Source: Raillietiella orientalis
Lineage: Eukaryota
Assembly (NCBI GenBank): GCA_036172245.1
Contig: JAYWIR010000020.1
Span: forward strand, 2,666,001 to 2,730,000
Direction of reading: 5' to 3'
DNA: 64,000 nt
In this document: one piece after another, positions 1 to 13,539 of the stretch
Numbering within the stretch: the stretch's first letter is position 1
Layout: every line of letters begins with the position of its first letter
Position numbers and translations under genes: made by a program
Notes under the pieces: model-generated
Told to the model about the DNA's origin: nothing
Database searches by the model: none
Seen by the model: only the letters and a program-made list of their open reading frames with translations

Positions 1-39
1 AACGTCTCTGACGTTACTGCCGAGGTTCCCAGGGTGGTA

Positions 40-480
40 GCAAAGCGTCCCCAAAGAGGGCGGCACTGGTGGTAGCCGGAAACCTACGGATGCTCCCGTT
101 GGCTGTCCGGGATCAAATGTTGACCCTTCGGGATCCTTCCAGGAATCGAGGAACCCTTCGGAGTTTCCCTGCCGGTTGTGGAAATGCCTTCCGGAGGGAG
201 TCCCCATCGTGTACTACGGTGCTGGTGGCCTTCTCTCCAGAGTGTCAAGGAGAGTGGGCTGCTCCCTTCGAGGAGAGGTCCTTCGGAGAAAATTTGCAAG
301 CGTTCCTTTGGGGTTCTCTTCAGAGGAGAAAACCAGGAGCGGTTTCCTCCAGAGAAGAAATTCCGGGAGAGGATCTTTTCCAGGAGGTCCCTCCAGAGAG
401 AGTAAGGTAGAGTTTAGCTTCTCAATTCCTTCGGAGGCATCCAGGGTGAGAGTGAGGGAGGGATTAACTCGTTTGATCCC
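40..480 (+). repeat. Dispersed GC-rich repeat (SINE-like family), tail type A; head not seen
   Basis: Shares ggatgctcc...gggatccttccaggaatcgaggaaccc with 25620-25715, and catcg..tac..ggtgctgg..ccttctctccagagtgtc...gagaagaaattcc with 18318-18485. Confidence 0.75.
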
Positions 481-3299
481 CGGAGCCCTTCCTGGACTCA
501 CAGAGTGCTCCCTCCCGACTGGGAGAGCACGGGAAAATTTTCCAAACCTTTCACCTTCAGTGGTTTTCTCTTTCTCCTCGATCTCTTGGAAATCAGCTCC
601 AAGCAGTCTCTCCTACCAGCAGCAGCCGCAAGACGCGTGGTAGATGCTCAGAGGCTGGGATAAGTGCTGCGAAGCCCCTTTGAGGAACTTCCTTTTGGGG
701 ATTCTGCAGCTTCGCTGCATCCATCTGTCGGATCCGAGCCTGAAACTGAGGGGCGCCGTCTCTCGCCTTCCAAACGATGGCACTGCCGAGCTTGGAAGGC
801 GAGTTGATCACTAAGTTGTTAAGGCCGCTTTTCCATTCTTTTTTTTCTTTTTTTTTATCCTTAGGCCTTCCTCCCTGCGTCTTTAGCAGGGCGATTACCA
901 GTGAAATCGCGATTTCGCGGCTCGCAGTTCCCCTTCATCTCGTGATGTGTTGCCACATCTCAGTCGGAATGTGGAATTCGCACAAACAGATTCTTCTCCG
1001 CAACCTTTCTTGGAAGAATTACCTGATCTCTCCGCTGATTAGCTCTCGCTTCCCGCCTCAAGGACTCCGCCCCTTATCTGAGATGCTGCACGGCACCAAT
1101 TGATCACTGCTGCTCGTTCTCATCCCTTCCTGCTCCCACTCCATTGCTGCTGCCCGGGACTATTTCGAAGGTTCCCTCCTCCTCCGCAGGCGATTTGCTC
1201 CCGTTATCTCCGCGACCTATATCCCCTCAGGCGCCGCGGTCCTGTGCCTGGCTCATCAGAGATGCCTCCGGGTTTCCTCAGGCACCCCACCCCACCCCTC
1301 GCATTTTCAGATGAAGGAGCATTAACTTTACCATTTGCCCGGAGGTTCCGCCACTCTCGCTGCAAAGCGAGCATCCGATCCCGAGGCGTTGCGCGCTTCT
1401 TCGCCTCCCACGTTTGACTCCAGAATCCACGGGGAGGCTTCGAGGAGGTCTCTCCTTCTTGCAACCGGAACGGGACGCGTGCAAAGAAGAGAGTTGCCTC
1501 CGCTGTGAGGATTTCCCGAAGAGGAAGGAGCATTCCCTGCCCTTCCGCGAGTCCTGTTCCATCCGGTCTCATTTCAGAGGATACCGGAAGATTTTTCTTC
1601 CTTCTGTTACTATGACATCGGACGCTCACGTCCATGCTTCAGCAGCGGATTTCTCGGAGACGAAGAATACGGCGGCCGTCAAGATTTGGAGCCAAGACGG
1701 ATGAACGGCAGCGACGTCCGAGCATCATGAACTGTCATCTCTGCTGCAAACGCTGCAAGACTTCCCCACGGATCTCATTCTCGTGTTCCCATTCTTTTTC
1801 TGCAAACATTTCCAGCCGCAATCCTGAACCTGCTGAACGGTGCTGCATCACATGGGCAAGGTGACTGGGTTCTTTGAATCCATTTCTCCCTGCGGGGGGA
1901 GCAGGAGCGACGAGATTCGAGACCACGGAACTGCCTGAGGTCGCTGTGGTGCGCTCGACAACCGGGAGCTGACCTGGTCCGACACTTGGATCCAAGGGAA
2001 TCAGGGAAACAGGCTACTGAAGAAGAAGTTGGTCCAGAATTCAACTTTTTAGACTTCCCGGAGTTTCCAAAGAGCTCGCTTTCCACGAAGCGAACAGGCA
2101 AAGCTCTCCACGCGCCGGACGCGCTTCGAAGGACTGTACGAGAGGAACCTGCGGTCCCGTGCATGAGATGAAATCTTGTAAGAGAGGAGTGAAGCGATCA
2201 CGGAGATGAGTTCGAAAGGTCGCACGCCGTCCCATCACACCCCCTTCGGAAGGTTGCTGATGTCACCTTTATTCCATCTGGGGACCGATGCGAGAGCGTT
2301 GCCACATAGACAGCTCTGATGTACGGCATGAACGGCAAGGGGACAGTGCGGAGACAGAGGTAGAGTACCGCTGCCTTCCTCATTTCAAGATTGGCTGTCT
2401 CTGCGCTTCCTGGTCTTCGAAGAGGATCGAAGAACCTGTGACGTGGTGCGCTTGATGGCTTTGGCCGATCTCCTTAAGGCGGCGAGTGTCCTGTCTCCGA
2501 AGTTGGACCTCTGCTTAAGAGGAGCCGGCCCCTGCAAACGCGAGAGCAGGAATTCGTTACCAGGAACGAAGAAAGCAACACATTGGGTCCCCTTGCGGAT
2601 GTTCATCCTTCCCTTACGAATCTTTGATGACTGCTCCAGCAGCGAGCGCATGCGGCAGGCAGACCAGAAGTGCCGACGCACTCGGGAAAAAAACAAAGAA
2701 ACAAAGGTCCCTGGTGCCTCCCGTCCAAAGGTCGAACCGGAGCTAATCCGTGCGCGCTAAACAAACTGAGGTGCTGAAGAATGGGGAAAAAAATGAAAAA
2801 AAGGTCGTGTGAAAACACAGCGACACTCTAACTTGAACAATCAGGCAGGGTGGTGAACATTTCGCTTCAGCCTTCAGCAGGTTCCCTTGGCGTTCTTAAA
2901 CAACTTTTGCGAAGAAAGAAGCTGTGCTCCGGGAGTTCAAAGAAACCCGCTGTTTATTCAGCCTATTGAAGGCGCATTCGAAGGAACTCCAGAAAGGGAA
3001 AAGCAGCAAAAAACAAAACAAAAAACAAAAAAAAGAGACTTTGAGAAAACGAGATTCGTAATTTACCTTCTGGGATTGATTAATTAAAACAAGGGGATGC
3101 GACATCAGGAGAAATCATTCGCGCAGTAACCCGCTAGGGTGCGGCCTGTCCGAGCACAAGAGAGGCTACTTCTTTCACATTGGGCTTGATGCTTTTTGAA
3201 GGATCCGACTGAACAGCTTCCAAGAAAGCATCTCGACCTGAAGCTGCTAGCAAGCGCGCTGGCGCGGGTTTCCGCTTCGTTTTGTGCAAACTTCTGTAC

Positions 3300-4200
3300 T
3301 TCTAGAATGGAGGAAACCTATCGAGGGGGAAACCGCGTGTTCATTCCAGAATGGGGAGCAAACAGAGGATGGGGACGAAGCAACGGGTTTCCACGCAGTC
3401 GCGCAGGTTTCTGCTTGGTAGCAGAGCTGAGATGCTCCCCGTTCGCCACTTGCTGGATAATTCCCGTCCCCTTCGCCACAGTGGGCAAATACACCATCTG
3501 ATAGAACGGACGCCAAGAAACGGACATTTTTGATCGCCTCTCGAAAATTCGCGCGAAGATGAGCGTTCCAGCACACGATGGCGCATCTGCCTCTCCCTTC
3601 CAGCTCTCGCTTGGCTCTACGAGCATTGCTGAAGCAACTCGACGAAAAGAGGGAAGACATACTGGTCAGTGTCTTGCAGGTCAGATAGAACGAATGCATT
3701 TCGATGCGCGAAGCACGAATATAGGAAATCTTTGCGCGTGTTCCATGATGGAGGAATTCCCAGATCAGAGCAACTCTAAAAAGTGGCAGCGTTGTGCACG
3801 GCGCGTGAAAATCCAACAACCCCACAAATTCCCAAATAAAAAAAGAGCTGGATGAAAAGGTTTATTGCCCCTCTCGTCCTGAAATCCATTCCGTTTGCTA
3901 ATAATATCCGGCATGGTTTTATGGAAGTCGTGTCTCCTGGAAATGTGTGCTAGCCACATCCATGAGATCCAAACGCAGTGGTGTGATTTACACCTTGAGG
4001 GCAGTGCTCCCACCTTGCCCCATGGAAACACTCTGCTGGAACTAAATACTGGAAGCAGAGTTCCTTTTCTTCGAACTCCCGAGCTCCTTACAGCTGAATG
4101 CGAATTTCCGGAAATGGTGATGCCATGGCATAATTCGAATCGCAGCTCATGGTCCACTTTGAACGGACTCAAGACGGCAGGTTGGCGCTGGCCGGATTGC
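3300..4200 (+). mobile_element. Decayed non-LTR retrotransposon RT fragment
   Basis: Broken motifs in the expected order: WIIPVP..GK...NGRQ (I.PIPK..NYRP), QIERMHFDAR (D..KAFD), KKRAG*KGLLPLSS (RGVRQGCPLSP), LELNTG (GL.IN..K). Many stops and frameshifts. Confidence 0.45.
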
Positions 4201-5383
4201 CACGATTGCCTCTGCTGGCCTGCGTAGCCGTTCCACTGCGTTTTATTACCTCACCTCGTTTTCCCTGTTTTTTGTTTCACATCCCATCGATCTTTGACCG
4301 TTTCTCGTGAACCTTCGATGGGCTGCAGGCTGGAGACTTTTGACTCCTGACAACCTGGGCAGAAGCTGCCTGTAATGCCTTCTTAGGTATTCAGGGGGGC
4401 TCCTAAAGAGGGCTGCCCTCTAAAAGAATACCAGTTTGCAGAATGACCTAGTGATTTCTTTCGCAAAGCAAAAGGTCTCTTCCCAAGAAGGGATTTCGGA
4501 AAGTGTTCCATCGCTGAAATCCCATTCGCTACAGTAGCCCAGGTAGCAGAACCGGTTGACCGTTACCTCTCTTCAGAGGACTGGATCCCACCGCACGTCA
4601 GAGAAGGGAGGAAGAAACAGCAATTTGGTTCTGTGAGCAGTCTGTTGAATTTACCGTAGGGTTGAAGACCGTCCCCAGCAGCGTAGAAAGAAGGGCTCTT
4701 GCATTAGGATGCCAGCAAGTGATCGACACTTCTTTTCAACGGCGCGTTCGCCTGTTTATGATATGAAGCACTTTCCTTTCAAAGATGCAAAGGCGAAATT
4801 TTCGGGATGGACAGCAAGTCGAACGGAAGTCAGGGACGTTTCGGGAGAAAGGATCCGTTAGGGTCTGCTCCGAAGCACGTTTTAAAGGCGTTTTGCTTTG
4901 GACTCCGTTTGCGCGGAGTTTAAAATTCTGTCTGAAGCGAAAAATTCTTTCTTCTATCTGAAGGGTTCCGGAGCGGCTGGATAAGAGAGAAAAACGAGCG
5001 TTCCCTTCTACTCGGGCGTATTCCAAATTCCAAGCTTGGAGCCGATGGACAGCGCGACAACGGCATCGGAAAAATGCTCACCGCGATGCTGAGAGCAACC
5101 CGTTCGAGCAGCGCGCCTCTCCCACTCGAAGGACACTCCTTCCTGCGAAATGAACACAACAACACTTCATGCGTGAAAGAGTATATTTTTGCTTTCGTTT
5201 CCGTCTGCTCGCTTATGCAGCTCCCAGACAGAAACGCCGCAACCTTTGCGAAAGAGAACACTTGATTTGGCTGAACGGTTTGTGTGTTTGCATCGACTGT
5301 CCTAGTAACATCCTGATCTCCTGGAGAAAATGTAACGGAAAAAGGCAAACACCAACAAGTTGGATAGGAACGCTGGCGGGTCC

Positions 5384-5746
5384 TTAATTTCTGTCTTGGT
5401 TGTACTTGAGGAAGAATACTTGAGGTGCAGCTGGCTTCGGCGTGGTGGCAGTGACGATTGCTGGGACTTGCAGTGGTTTCCGATCCGGCTGTAAGACGTA
5501 GACCAGGGTTTTGACTTCGGGACCCGCTCCGATGGGGGGAAGGTCCAACTGAGGAGTAGCAGGCTGAGGAGCTTTGATAAACAGGATTTTGTAGTGCTTT
5601 TCTTGTTTGTAATCGAAGTCGGGACGGATCACTGGTGCCTCTTGTTCATCGGGAGAGATGTAAGCAAATACATGCTTATGGATAGGGTCGCTCCCACCGA
5701 ACTGGGGAGCAGCACTAACGTAGGCTACGACCAGGGATAATAAAGC
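5384..5746 (-). CDS. Twdl: Tweedle-family (DUF243) cuticular protein, exon 2 (phase 0, to stop codon)
   Basis: A pyrimidine tract and AG acceptor precede 5746. 121 open codons read ALLSLVVAYVSAAPQFGGSDPIHKHVFAYISPDE...KHYKILFIKAP...KTLVYVL...PQVFFLKYNQDRN*. These match the four Tweedle blocks (KHxY/F, KHYKIxFIKAP, KTxVYVL, PxVxFxKY). The symbol is family-level only. Confidence 0.92.
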   Translation of the reverse strand, partial: ALLSLVVAYVSAAPQFGGSDPIHKHVFAYISPDEQEAPVIRPDFDYKQEKHYKILFIKAPQPATPQLDLPPIGAGPEVKTLVYVLQPDRKPLQVPAIVTATTPKPAAPQVFFLKYNQDRN

Positions 5747-6335
5747 CTAAAAGAGAAAAAACAAACAAACAAAACCAAAGCAAACGGGATTCGATTTCCA
5801 AGCATTCCTTCGATCAACGGGAAAACAAAATGAAACAAAATAAAAACAGATCGCATGTTTACTTCGCAGCATCATCATCGTTCGAAAGAACGGAAGGGTT
5901 CCGGACGAAGGAATTTGAGGATGGGAATGGTTCTCGATAGCAAAAGCATGCAAACCCTCGATTCCTGCATCCCTTCCATTCTCAGTTTTAGACGGTCCAA
6001 GACTTTCCTCCCGAACAGAATACCGGCAGAGGGAACCGCATCGTTTTTTGAAATGTCCACAAGAGGTACGCGACATGGGGCGAGAAACAGCGCGAACCAC
6101 ACTCACTGACCATCCACCAACGCGAAGCAGCAACAGACAAACACACGGAAAGCGAACCGCCACGGTCCAAACGCGACGAAAATCTTTTCAGGTGAAAAAC
6201 ACACACGTGCAAAGGAAAAATGAAAATGCATTTCAATCGCTTCGGACAAAATCGACCGACAGCAAAACTCCAAACAACACAAAGAACTCCGAAAAGTACA
6301 GTCAGGAAAGAATAAAATGTACTGTAAGCTCTTAC

Positions 6336-6350
6336 TATGAATGCCTTCAT
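6336..6350 (-). CDS. Twdl: Tweedle-family protein, exon 1 (MKAFI, start of signal peptide)
   Basis: ATG AAG GCA TTC ATA is followed by a GTAAG donor. The phase 0 join to exon 2 gives the signal peptide MKAFIALLSLVVAYVSA|AP. A tiny first coding exon is typical of arthropod cuticle genes. Intron 5747-6335. Confidence 0.85.
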
Positions 6351-6404
6351 GCTGACTGTCACTCTTCACAAGTCAGATTCTTAGTGTCGCAAAAGTCTGT
6401 CTTC

Positions 6405-6412
6405 CTTATATA
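6405..6412 (-). promoter_or_regulatory. TATA box of the Tweedle gene
   Basis: TATATAAG on the minus strand about 55 nt upstream of the ATG, which fits a TSS near 6375-6380 and a short 5' UTR. Confidence 0.7.
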
Positions 6413-6674
6413 CCTACTAATCCCGCTGTTAGCACGATGAGAGACAGAAACAGAAAAATGCGGCTCGTATGAATGAAAGTGATTCCCCCAGGTAAATTAC
6501 CATAAATTGCATCTCCTTGGGTACCACTACTTTCGCAATTCAAGGCAATAAAGAAAGTGTATATTCAATCTTAATTGCTCTGTAGAAAAACTTCAAGCGA
6601 TATAGTTTGTTAGTTTCTTTGATTAACTTATGTTTAATGAGGAAGCGTAGGAGAATCGGGAAACATTTTTGCTT

Positions 6675-6750
6675 TCCCCCCCTTCCTCCCTCTCTCTCTC
6701 TCCCTCCCTCCCTCCCTCCCTCCCTCCCTCTCTCTCTCTTCCTTTTCCTT
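6675..6750. repeat. Polypyrimidine microsatellite (CT/CCCT)n
   Basis: Directly visible tctctctc and ccctccct runs. Confidence 0.9.
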
Positions 6751-8709
6751 TCCATCGATACGGCGGAGTAATGCAACACCTCGCGAAATTTGCATTCGTT
6801 TTTTTTTTTTCAAGGATACGACATTGTCCTACAAGAAGATCGAGTGGACTCCTCCACATTTGCGGTCGGAACGGAACTCGCAAAGCGGATTACCGACAGC
6901 ACCTCCCTTCCACGAGGGACCGACGGGAAGAAAATGTTGACATTCTTCGGGATTCCGCCTCCGCCGACCAGATTTTCCCTTTTCTTCCTCCTCCCTTCTT
7001 GAATTCCTGTTGTGCAAGTGACCGATCTGCAACGTTTGCGGCACTGCGATTCCGAAGATGCTCTCATGAACCATTATCAGATGCGATACAACTAATGAAG
7101 TGTGGACCGCGGGTTCGAAGCATCGGACGTGCTGTTTTGAAATCCGTTGAACTAACTGTTTATCCGGATAAGGCGAAAAAGAGAAAAAAAAAAAAAAAAA
7201 AGGAAAACTCCGTCTGGTTCTTCCTCCCGTGTCTTGCACACACATGGGTAACCTTTCCCTTAAAAGCTTAATTATGAAGTTTTCAGCTGGTAAAGGCAAA
7301 TGCCTGCTGCCGAAGGGAATGCTGACCACAGGAATGCGCAGCAAGCAGCAGTTTGTTCCAGGAAGAAGTGTTCGCCTACCGAGTGTTGCCTTTAACGAGT
7401 CGCAGTTTTGTTAATTGGGACTCTCGAGACTGCCTTGAGCGGAAATTCGAACAGGGTGGGATTGTCAGGGCGCCTCGGCGCTCACCCGAAGACGTTTGCA
7501 GCCTCTTTCGGATGGGAAAAAGAAACAGCACCATGTGATGTAAACGCGGCGGAAATTCTTCGTGGGACCGTCGGGATAATAGGCTTCGCGTCTAGCTCGG
7601 CGTAAGGATTCCTTCAGAAATGGGTCGCTTGCGCGCAGTTCGTCTTCGAAGGGATGGTTTCTGGAGAAATCCGGAAGATTCCGCTGGCGAAGTGACACGA
7701 CGACCCGGGATCTTTGGGTTTACGCCCTCGTTCTGCTTTTCCATCTCGTGCTCTTCTGAGCAAACACTGGGGTTCCTCCTTTCGGTGTTTCGCTCTGTTT
7801 TCCTTTCGCGGCTGAGATCGTTGGTTTGCGAGCTCATTGGGCCGATCATAGCTCAAGACGGATGCGTTCCCACTTGGAAGAAGAATCTTTTGCGTCCTTT
7901 GGAGTTACGGCAAAGGCAATTTCTTGATTCGCAAATACCCATCGCTGCTGCTGAACCCAGTAAAGGTGCCATCTACCTCCTGTGAGGTGCGCATGGTTTT
8001 CATAAACACTGCTTGTGTCTACGGTTAAAATTCTTCAAATTGATTTTGCAATTCGAGAGATTTCTCGCCGCCGAAGATCAAATGGGTCTGGATACTTCAA
8101 AGTTACCTTCTTGCCTGAAGTAACGTTTTATTCATCCGTGAGCCTCACGAATTTTCGGAACGTTCACGATTGGCAATGCCTGCTTTTTACTCCCAAAAGT
8201 CCGCTTCTTTCTTCTTCTTCTTTTTTTTTTTTTTTACATAAGGGCACGCTCTGAAGAAATCATCGAAGCCAAGTTCTCTTTCGCTCATGATGGACTGAGA
8301 AAGAATGGTCCACTTCATTCATTTTTTGTGACAAATTATAACGAAGCGCTCACATGTGAGATTCAAGACCTTTTGTTTCTAGGATGTAAAGATTTATGTG
8401 GATAATCATGCGGCTTTCTCGACTACGTGCTTGGAACTCGTCCAAGATGGAACCACGCTATTTTCGCTTCCTCTTCTTGGGAAGTTACCTAAGAGCAACA
8501 AAACAACAAATCGAGAATACAAATACAACCGAGGCCTCATTGTGACTGGGACGTGCATTTTGCTGAGGACTGATTCGGTTCACGATCGTAGAAGGAGTCT
8601 GTGGAGTGGTTTTCAAGGTATTCCTTCCTTATAGGGGACGAAGGGGGGGGGGCGGAGGTTTATCGCAAAACGAGCTTTTGTTTCTATAGCAAACGATTCA
8701 TGGGTCAGA

Positions 8710-9510
8710 CTGCATGCACACTGCTGCAGACCAGCTTCCATGGATCGATTTTGGGCGAGCTGCTTTGGTCCATTTGAAGGGGAAAATTCAAATGAGAATT
8801 GCCTCTGCGTTTATCAACATTGCTGGTCCATCCAACATTATGGTCGAGATGTGGAGCTTATTTACGCTGAAGGAATTATTGGACTGTGAATGGAATCGAA
8901 TAGCTCTGGTAAGAGGAATACCAAGTACCGCCGTTTTTTTTTTTTTTCTTTTCGGATGAGAAAACGCAGGTGTTGCTTTCGTTTCCTAACTCAAGTAGTC
9001 ATCACCATCTTCAAGTTGTTTAAGTGGAAATCATACAATACAGTACACATTGCTAGGGTTTGTGTTGAAAGTCTCTAAGTGTACGATGGGCGACTTGTTT
9101 CCTTTCCTCGACCATTTTCAAAACACCTAATTGAAAGAACGCTTAATATCTCTCGAACCACGGAGGTCGACGAGCACTTCTTGTATGGCGATTCGATGGA
9201 ATCGAGCATCGGTCTCTCTTTCAACAACAAGACATGCGCTGCTTTTCCACTGCTGTTGAACGAACATTTTCGGTAATGGGATAAACGAAAGTCTTAAATG
9301 TCTTGTGGCGTTAGCTGACATTTCGCGGGCGATCCATCTGTGGTGGCTGGAGAAACCGGAGAAGGAAGGGAATGTAGATCCCCGGCAATGTCGCACAAGA
9401 GCAGGTCGCTGAATGCGTGAAAGAAGCGCAAAGAGAAAAAGGCCCTTTTGAACTGATGGTATGGGTAGTCGCTGCCAGCTCCGAGGAAAATCATTCAAAG
9501 ACTGCAAGAG
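8710..9510 (-). mobile_element. Decayed L1/Tx1-like RT fragment
   Basis: SWQRLPIPSVQKGLFLFALLSRIQR (WRPISLLNV.YK...L..RL), SGFSSHHRWI (Q.GF...R.I), then MLINAEA...FPFKW (IN..KS...FP..W). Confidence 0.45.
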
Positions 9511-10149
9511 GAGGGAATCATTAGCTCTTCTAACAGCAGCGAATCAGCCATTACCATGCGGATGTGAGATTAGATTTGGCCGAGAGGCTGCGTCCTCCTC
9601 GCGTTGTGCAAATAAAACTAGTTTGTCATCCAGAAAATAGTGCGCGAGAACGTTTTTTCCACTTCTGCTACCTTGGTGGGAACGTTAATCTTAAGCCAAC
9701 TCTTCTCCGAGTGCTGCTCGAGCGTAGCGAAAAAATGAGTGTGCAAGAGCGTTTTTGCTTTGTATTCCTACGTCCCCTGTTAGATTAAAGATGCATCAAG
9801 GCATCAAAAAAATCCGAATGATTGTTCGGACGCAGTTGGGCAACGAGATCTTCAATTAAATGCAGATTATACAACTTTCTTTTCCTTGCTTGGAATTATG
9901 CACTTTTATCTAAATTTAGTTGATGTTATTTGGTAAGCTGGTGCCAGTTTTCACGAAGCAAGTATTTCGAAAGAGTATACTGGATGATTCCTCACCGCAG
10001 TGATGGTTTTTGTTTTTCTTGTTGTTATTAGACCAGTGGTTTCTGGCGTAAAAAGGGCAGCGGGAAAAAAAAAAAAAAATGCACTTGTGATCTTTCTGGT
10101 AATGTAGGAATGACAGTAGACAAAAAAACGAAAAAAAAAAAATGAAGAA

Positions 10150-10500
10150 AATGAAGAGTGGGTGAAGAGCAATTTTCCAATAGCACGCATCTTTTCACAC
10201 GCTGATGAAGAAACGAGAGGGAAGTCGGTTCTTGCGACTGCAAACCGGGAAGAGGAAGGAGCACGTATTCGGCGCCAGAGAAGGCAGGAGGAACCGACCC
10301 GTCAGATCGGGAGGTTTGTAGACACCGGTTCGCGCCAGAAACCCGCCCGTGCCGCGTTTGACATCATCCCCGAGATGCTGGATCCTGCAGAACCGCCTGC
10401 GTGTGAGGGGGAGAGGAAAGAGCGCCTGCTCTTCCAAGCAGCCGAGGAATAGATGCCAACGGAACAGCAGTGCTTCTCTCCCTGCTTGTTAAAATTCCAG
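10150..10500 (+). mobile_element. Decayed Tx1-like ORF2 linker fragment
   Basis: EEEGARIRRQRRQEEPTRQI resembles the GA.IRSR....E.PT..F motif between APE and RT. Confidence 0.35.
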
Positions 10501-11709
10501 CAACTTGTTGGGAAACTTATTCTTCGCGGGGACGATTAAATCGAAGTCAAAGAGTCTGCATCTCCTGCTGCCATTAGCCGACGGTGGGAGAAAGTGAAGT
10601 GGCTTGCAGTTCTCCGTTAACATCTCCCCCATCGGAGATTCATCAGGCATAATTCGGACGTCGTTAATTGGATTATTATGTTATGATAGTTCTCAACTGG
10701 AAACACGACAAAGTGCAGCGCACAATGCGCCTTTGTCCGACAGTTTGAGGTGTCTCTCCCTGTCTAGGTCAATGCCGTTCATCACACGAAGGGAAAAAAA
10801 AAAAAAGGAAGTAACATTTCACGGAACGAGAAACTTCGCTAAGGTTTTTCCTTCGATACTCGGCTTCTCCTTTCGAAAGCTCAAGGAAGAACGTTGAAGG
10901 ACTGTTCTTTTCTTTCTTTATCACAGTCCAATGATTAATACAAAACTGCCTGTTGCCACATCGGCGTAGGGATCGCAGCGTTCGAGAGCTATTCGCGTAA
11001 TGTGCTTAAAAGTGAGAAACTTTCTCCCGGATCTCAGAGCACCGTCAGATGTCATCAAACTGCTTTTCATTTCTTAGGCCGCAGTTTCTATGATTTATGT
11101 GCGAAAGACTAATTTTTCTCATAGCAGTAATCGCCTCATACACTCCTCACCCTCCATCACAGTCCGTACATGCACGATGCGCGCTGAGAAGACACGGTCT
11201 GGAGCAATATGGTCGGTGGGGGTTGGGGTGGGGGGCAGGAACTGGAGTCAGGTTCGGATTCGGATCATTTAGCTACCGAGAGCAGCAATCTTGCGTGTTT
11301 GCTCTAGAGGTGAGCGAATCCCAAAGTGGCTCGCTCGAACCACGTTCAGCTCTTGCAACTCGTCTGTGTGTCGTCATTTCAGGCGTTCCTTCTCTTCGGT
11401 TTTCGATTTTTCTCATCAGCTGTCAAGTCGGTCAACCCGTAAGATGCTCCCGCAACGGATACACGCTCCCGCTTTCAGTATGGGTGCAGAGGGAGAGCCG
11501 AGGCGAGGGATGGGAAATCCCTCCTCGAATTTTCCTCTTTCGGTAAGAAGAATTCATTTTTCAACGTTGGGTGCATTGCTTTTCCGCCTGCGCAGCATGA
11601 ATCCGGCCGGCTCAACAAGAGCAGTGGTCGTCATGGTTCCTGTTTTCTTGTGGTCGTTCCAGTGCATCGAGAAGGCATGGAGAGAAAAAAGAAAGAAAAA
11701 AAAAAATCA

Positions 11710-11960
11710 GCTGTGAATCTGGTGCGGATCCCAGAAGGGCGAATTCCTCAGAATCTCGAGGGAGTGCTGAGAGAAAGGATAACGTTTCTGAAAGAACGTC
11801 TCGACTCCCCGCCGCCACCGGCCCTTCGGATGCTGTTGCCACGAATCCGAATCCAGTTCTGTCACGTTGCTAAGCCGGACACTTTCATGGGTCGACCAGA
11901 GGGGGACCAGGTGGCGCGTGCAGTGTCAGCGGTTAGCTTGAAAGGCATCTGCAAAACTCT
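11710..11960 (+). mobile_element. Possible decayed ORF1 (gag-like zinc knuckle) fragment
   Basis: QFCHV / RC*AGHF across a frameshift resembles C..C...GH. Weak. Confidence 0.25.
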
Positions 11961-12149
11961 GAAGACTTGCAGCCCGCTTCCGTGTTCTTTTCCCATTTTC
12001 CACCCAAACCCTCCCTCATACAGCGATATCGGGCGAAACTATGGAATCGTTACGTCAATAAAGGCATCTCCAGAAACAAATTCGAAACGTGAGGTTTCAA
12101 GGACCCCAGCCGCTGAAGCTGCACGCAGTCTCCTCATCTCCTAACGAAA

Positions 12150-12620
12150 TCATGTGATTAGAATCCGTGTGCGCATGGCAATCGCTGTAACGGGAATGAA
12201 TTTTCATCTCTTTCCTGTGAGATGAAAATTCATAGGCACTCCTCGTGAAAGAACTGCCAGTGGAATTTCGGGAAAGGTGAGGAACAACTCTGCTGCATGA
12301 CAATGCAAAGAGCTGACTCAGTATCGGATGCCCAGAAAGAACCCATTGGCGCGGAATACCGCGTGTTGTGACCTCTTTCTTGCTGTCTTTGTGTTTTGAC
12401 GAAATGAAAATGGATCCATTTTGGACCTTCAAATGTAGCGACCTTTGATAATAGGTTCCTTAACCAATGGACCTCAACAAAGACCGGAGTAGGTGTTGAA
12501 AGAAACTGAGAGTTGATGGAGCATCTCTCAACAAATAGAAAGCACCTTGGATTCTGCAGCAATCTAATGCTTTGCTGTTTGACACCGGAATCCATTTCCG
12601 GAAGGATTTTTTCCACTGAA
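12150..12620 (-). mobile_element. Decayed L1/Tx1-like RT fragment
   Basis: VEVHWLRNLLSKVATFEGPKWI (FD.V.W..L...L..GF...WI), TRGIPRQ...GHPILSQLFAL (RGVRQGCPLSP.LF.L), SAYEF at the SAYADD position. Confidence 0.55.
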
Positions 12621-13539
12621 GAGGTTACTGGGCTGATCCCAAGTGCTCGGAAATCAAACTTTGATTTTATTTTTATTTTTCTAAAATCACGAATTTGATC
12701 CCGTCGTTAAAAATGGATCCGTTCATTCGATCGATTAGCGTCTGTGAGCCATCCTGATAGGTCGTTTCAACGTTTGTGGGTGGAATCACCCAAACCACGA
12801 TTCATCAGTGTGAGATTCAAGACAAATCAGAACAAAAATTTCGAGGCCTTGGCATGAGGTCCTCCCTCCGTAGTTCAGCTACGTTGAAATCGGCGCATAA
12901 AAAGAAAAAGGAATCAAAAAGAATTCTGGAATCCATTCCCGAACAGCTAAAAAGAAAAAGAAAGAAGGAAACTGAAAGATAAATAAATGAAGCGTGTTCA
13001 CTTTTAGATAATTGTACGATACAAGCACCCGTTGCATTTGCCTAGGCTCTCCTCAATCAACCACGCACGCGTTGGCACGGCAACCCGTGTCCAAGCAGGG
13101 CTCTCTAGAGAGACGACTCAGGAAGCATCGAAACGTACTTTTGTTCTCTTCGGCAGTTCATTCAACGTGCAGCGACTTTGCGACTTACCGACACGCTGTG
13201 ATGAGCTGCAGTGCACTTTAAGAATGCCCAGCCATTCCTTCGCTCTCCTGCAACTCTTCTTCCCAGCTCAAGTAGCAGAGTTCATAAAGTCCTGATAAAG
13301 AAACCGGTCAACAGCTTCCGCGGTTTATAGTCCGATCCGTCACTCAAGCAATCCTGCGATCAGATACAATATCAAAGGAATCTCTTCGGTCAGCCGGCAG
13401 TAGCGTTAAGAGGGAAAAGGCAGGCGGTGTACGAGATTAATGTGTTCATCTTTATGATGTCAGAGGTCCGTTATACCACGGCATAATTGTCCATTGTGGG
13501 ACCTTTCCATAGGAACCGTCGAAACTTGTGGAAAAAAAA

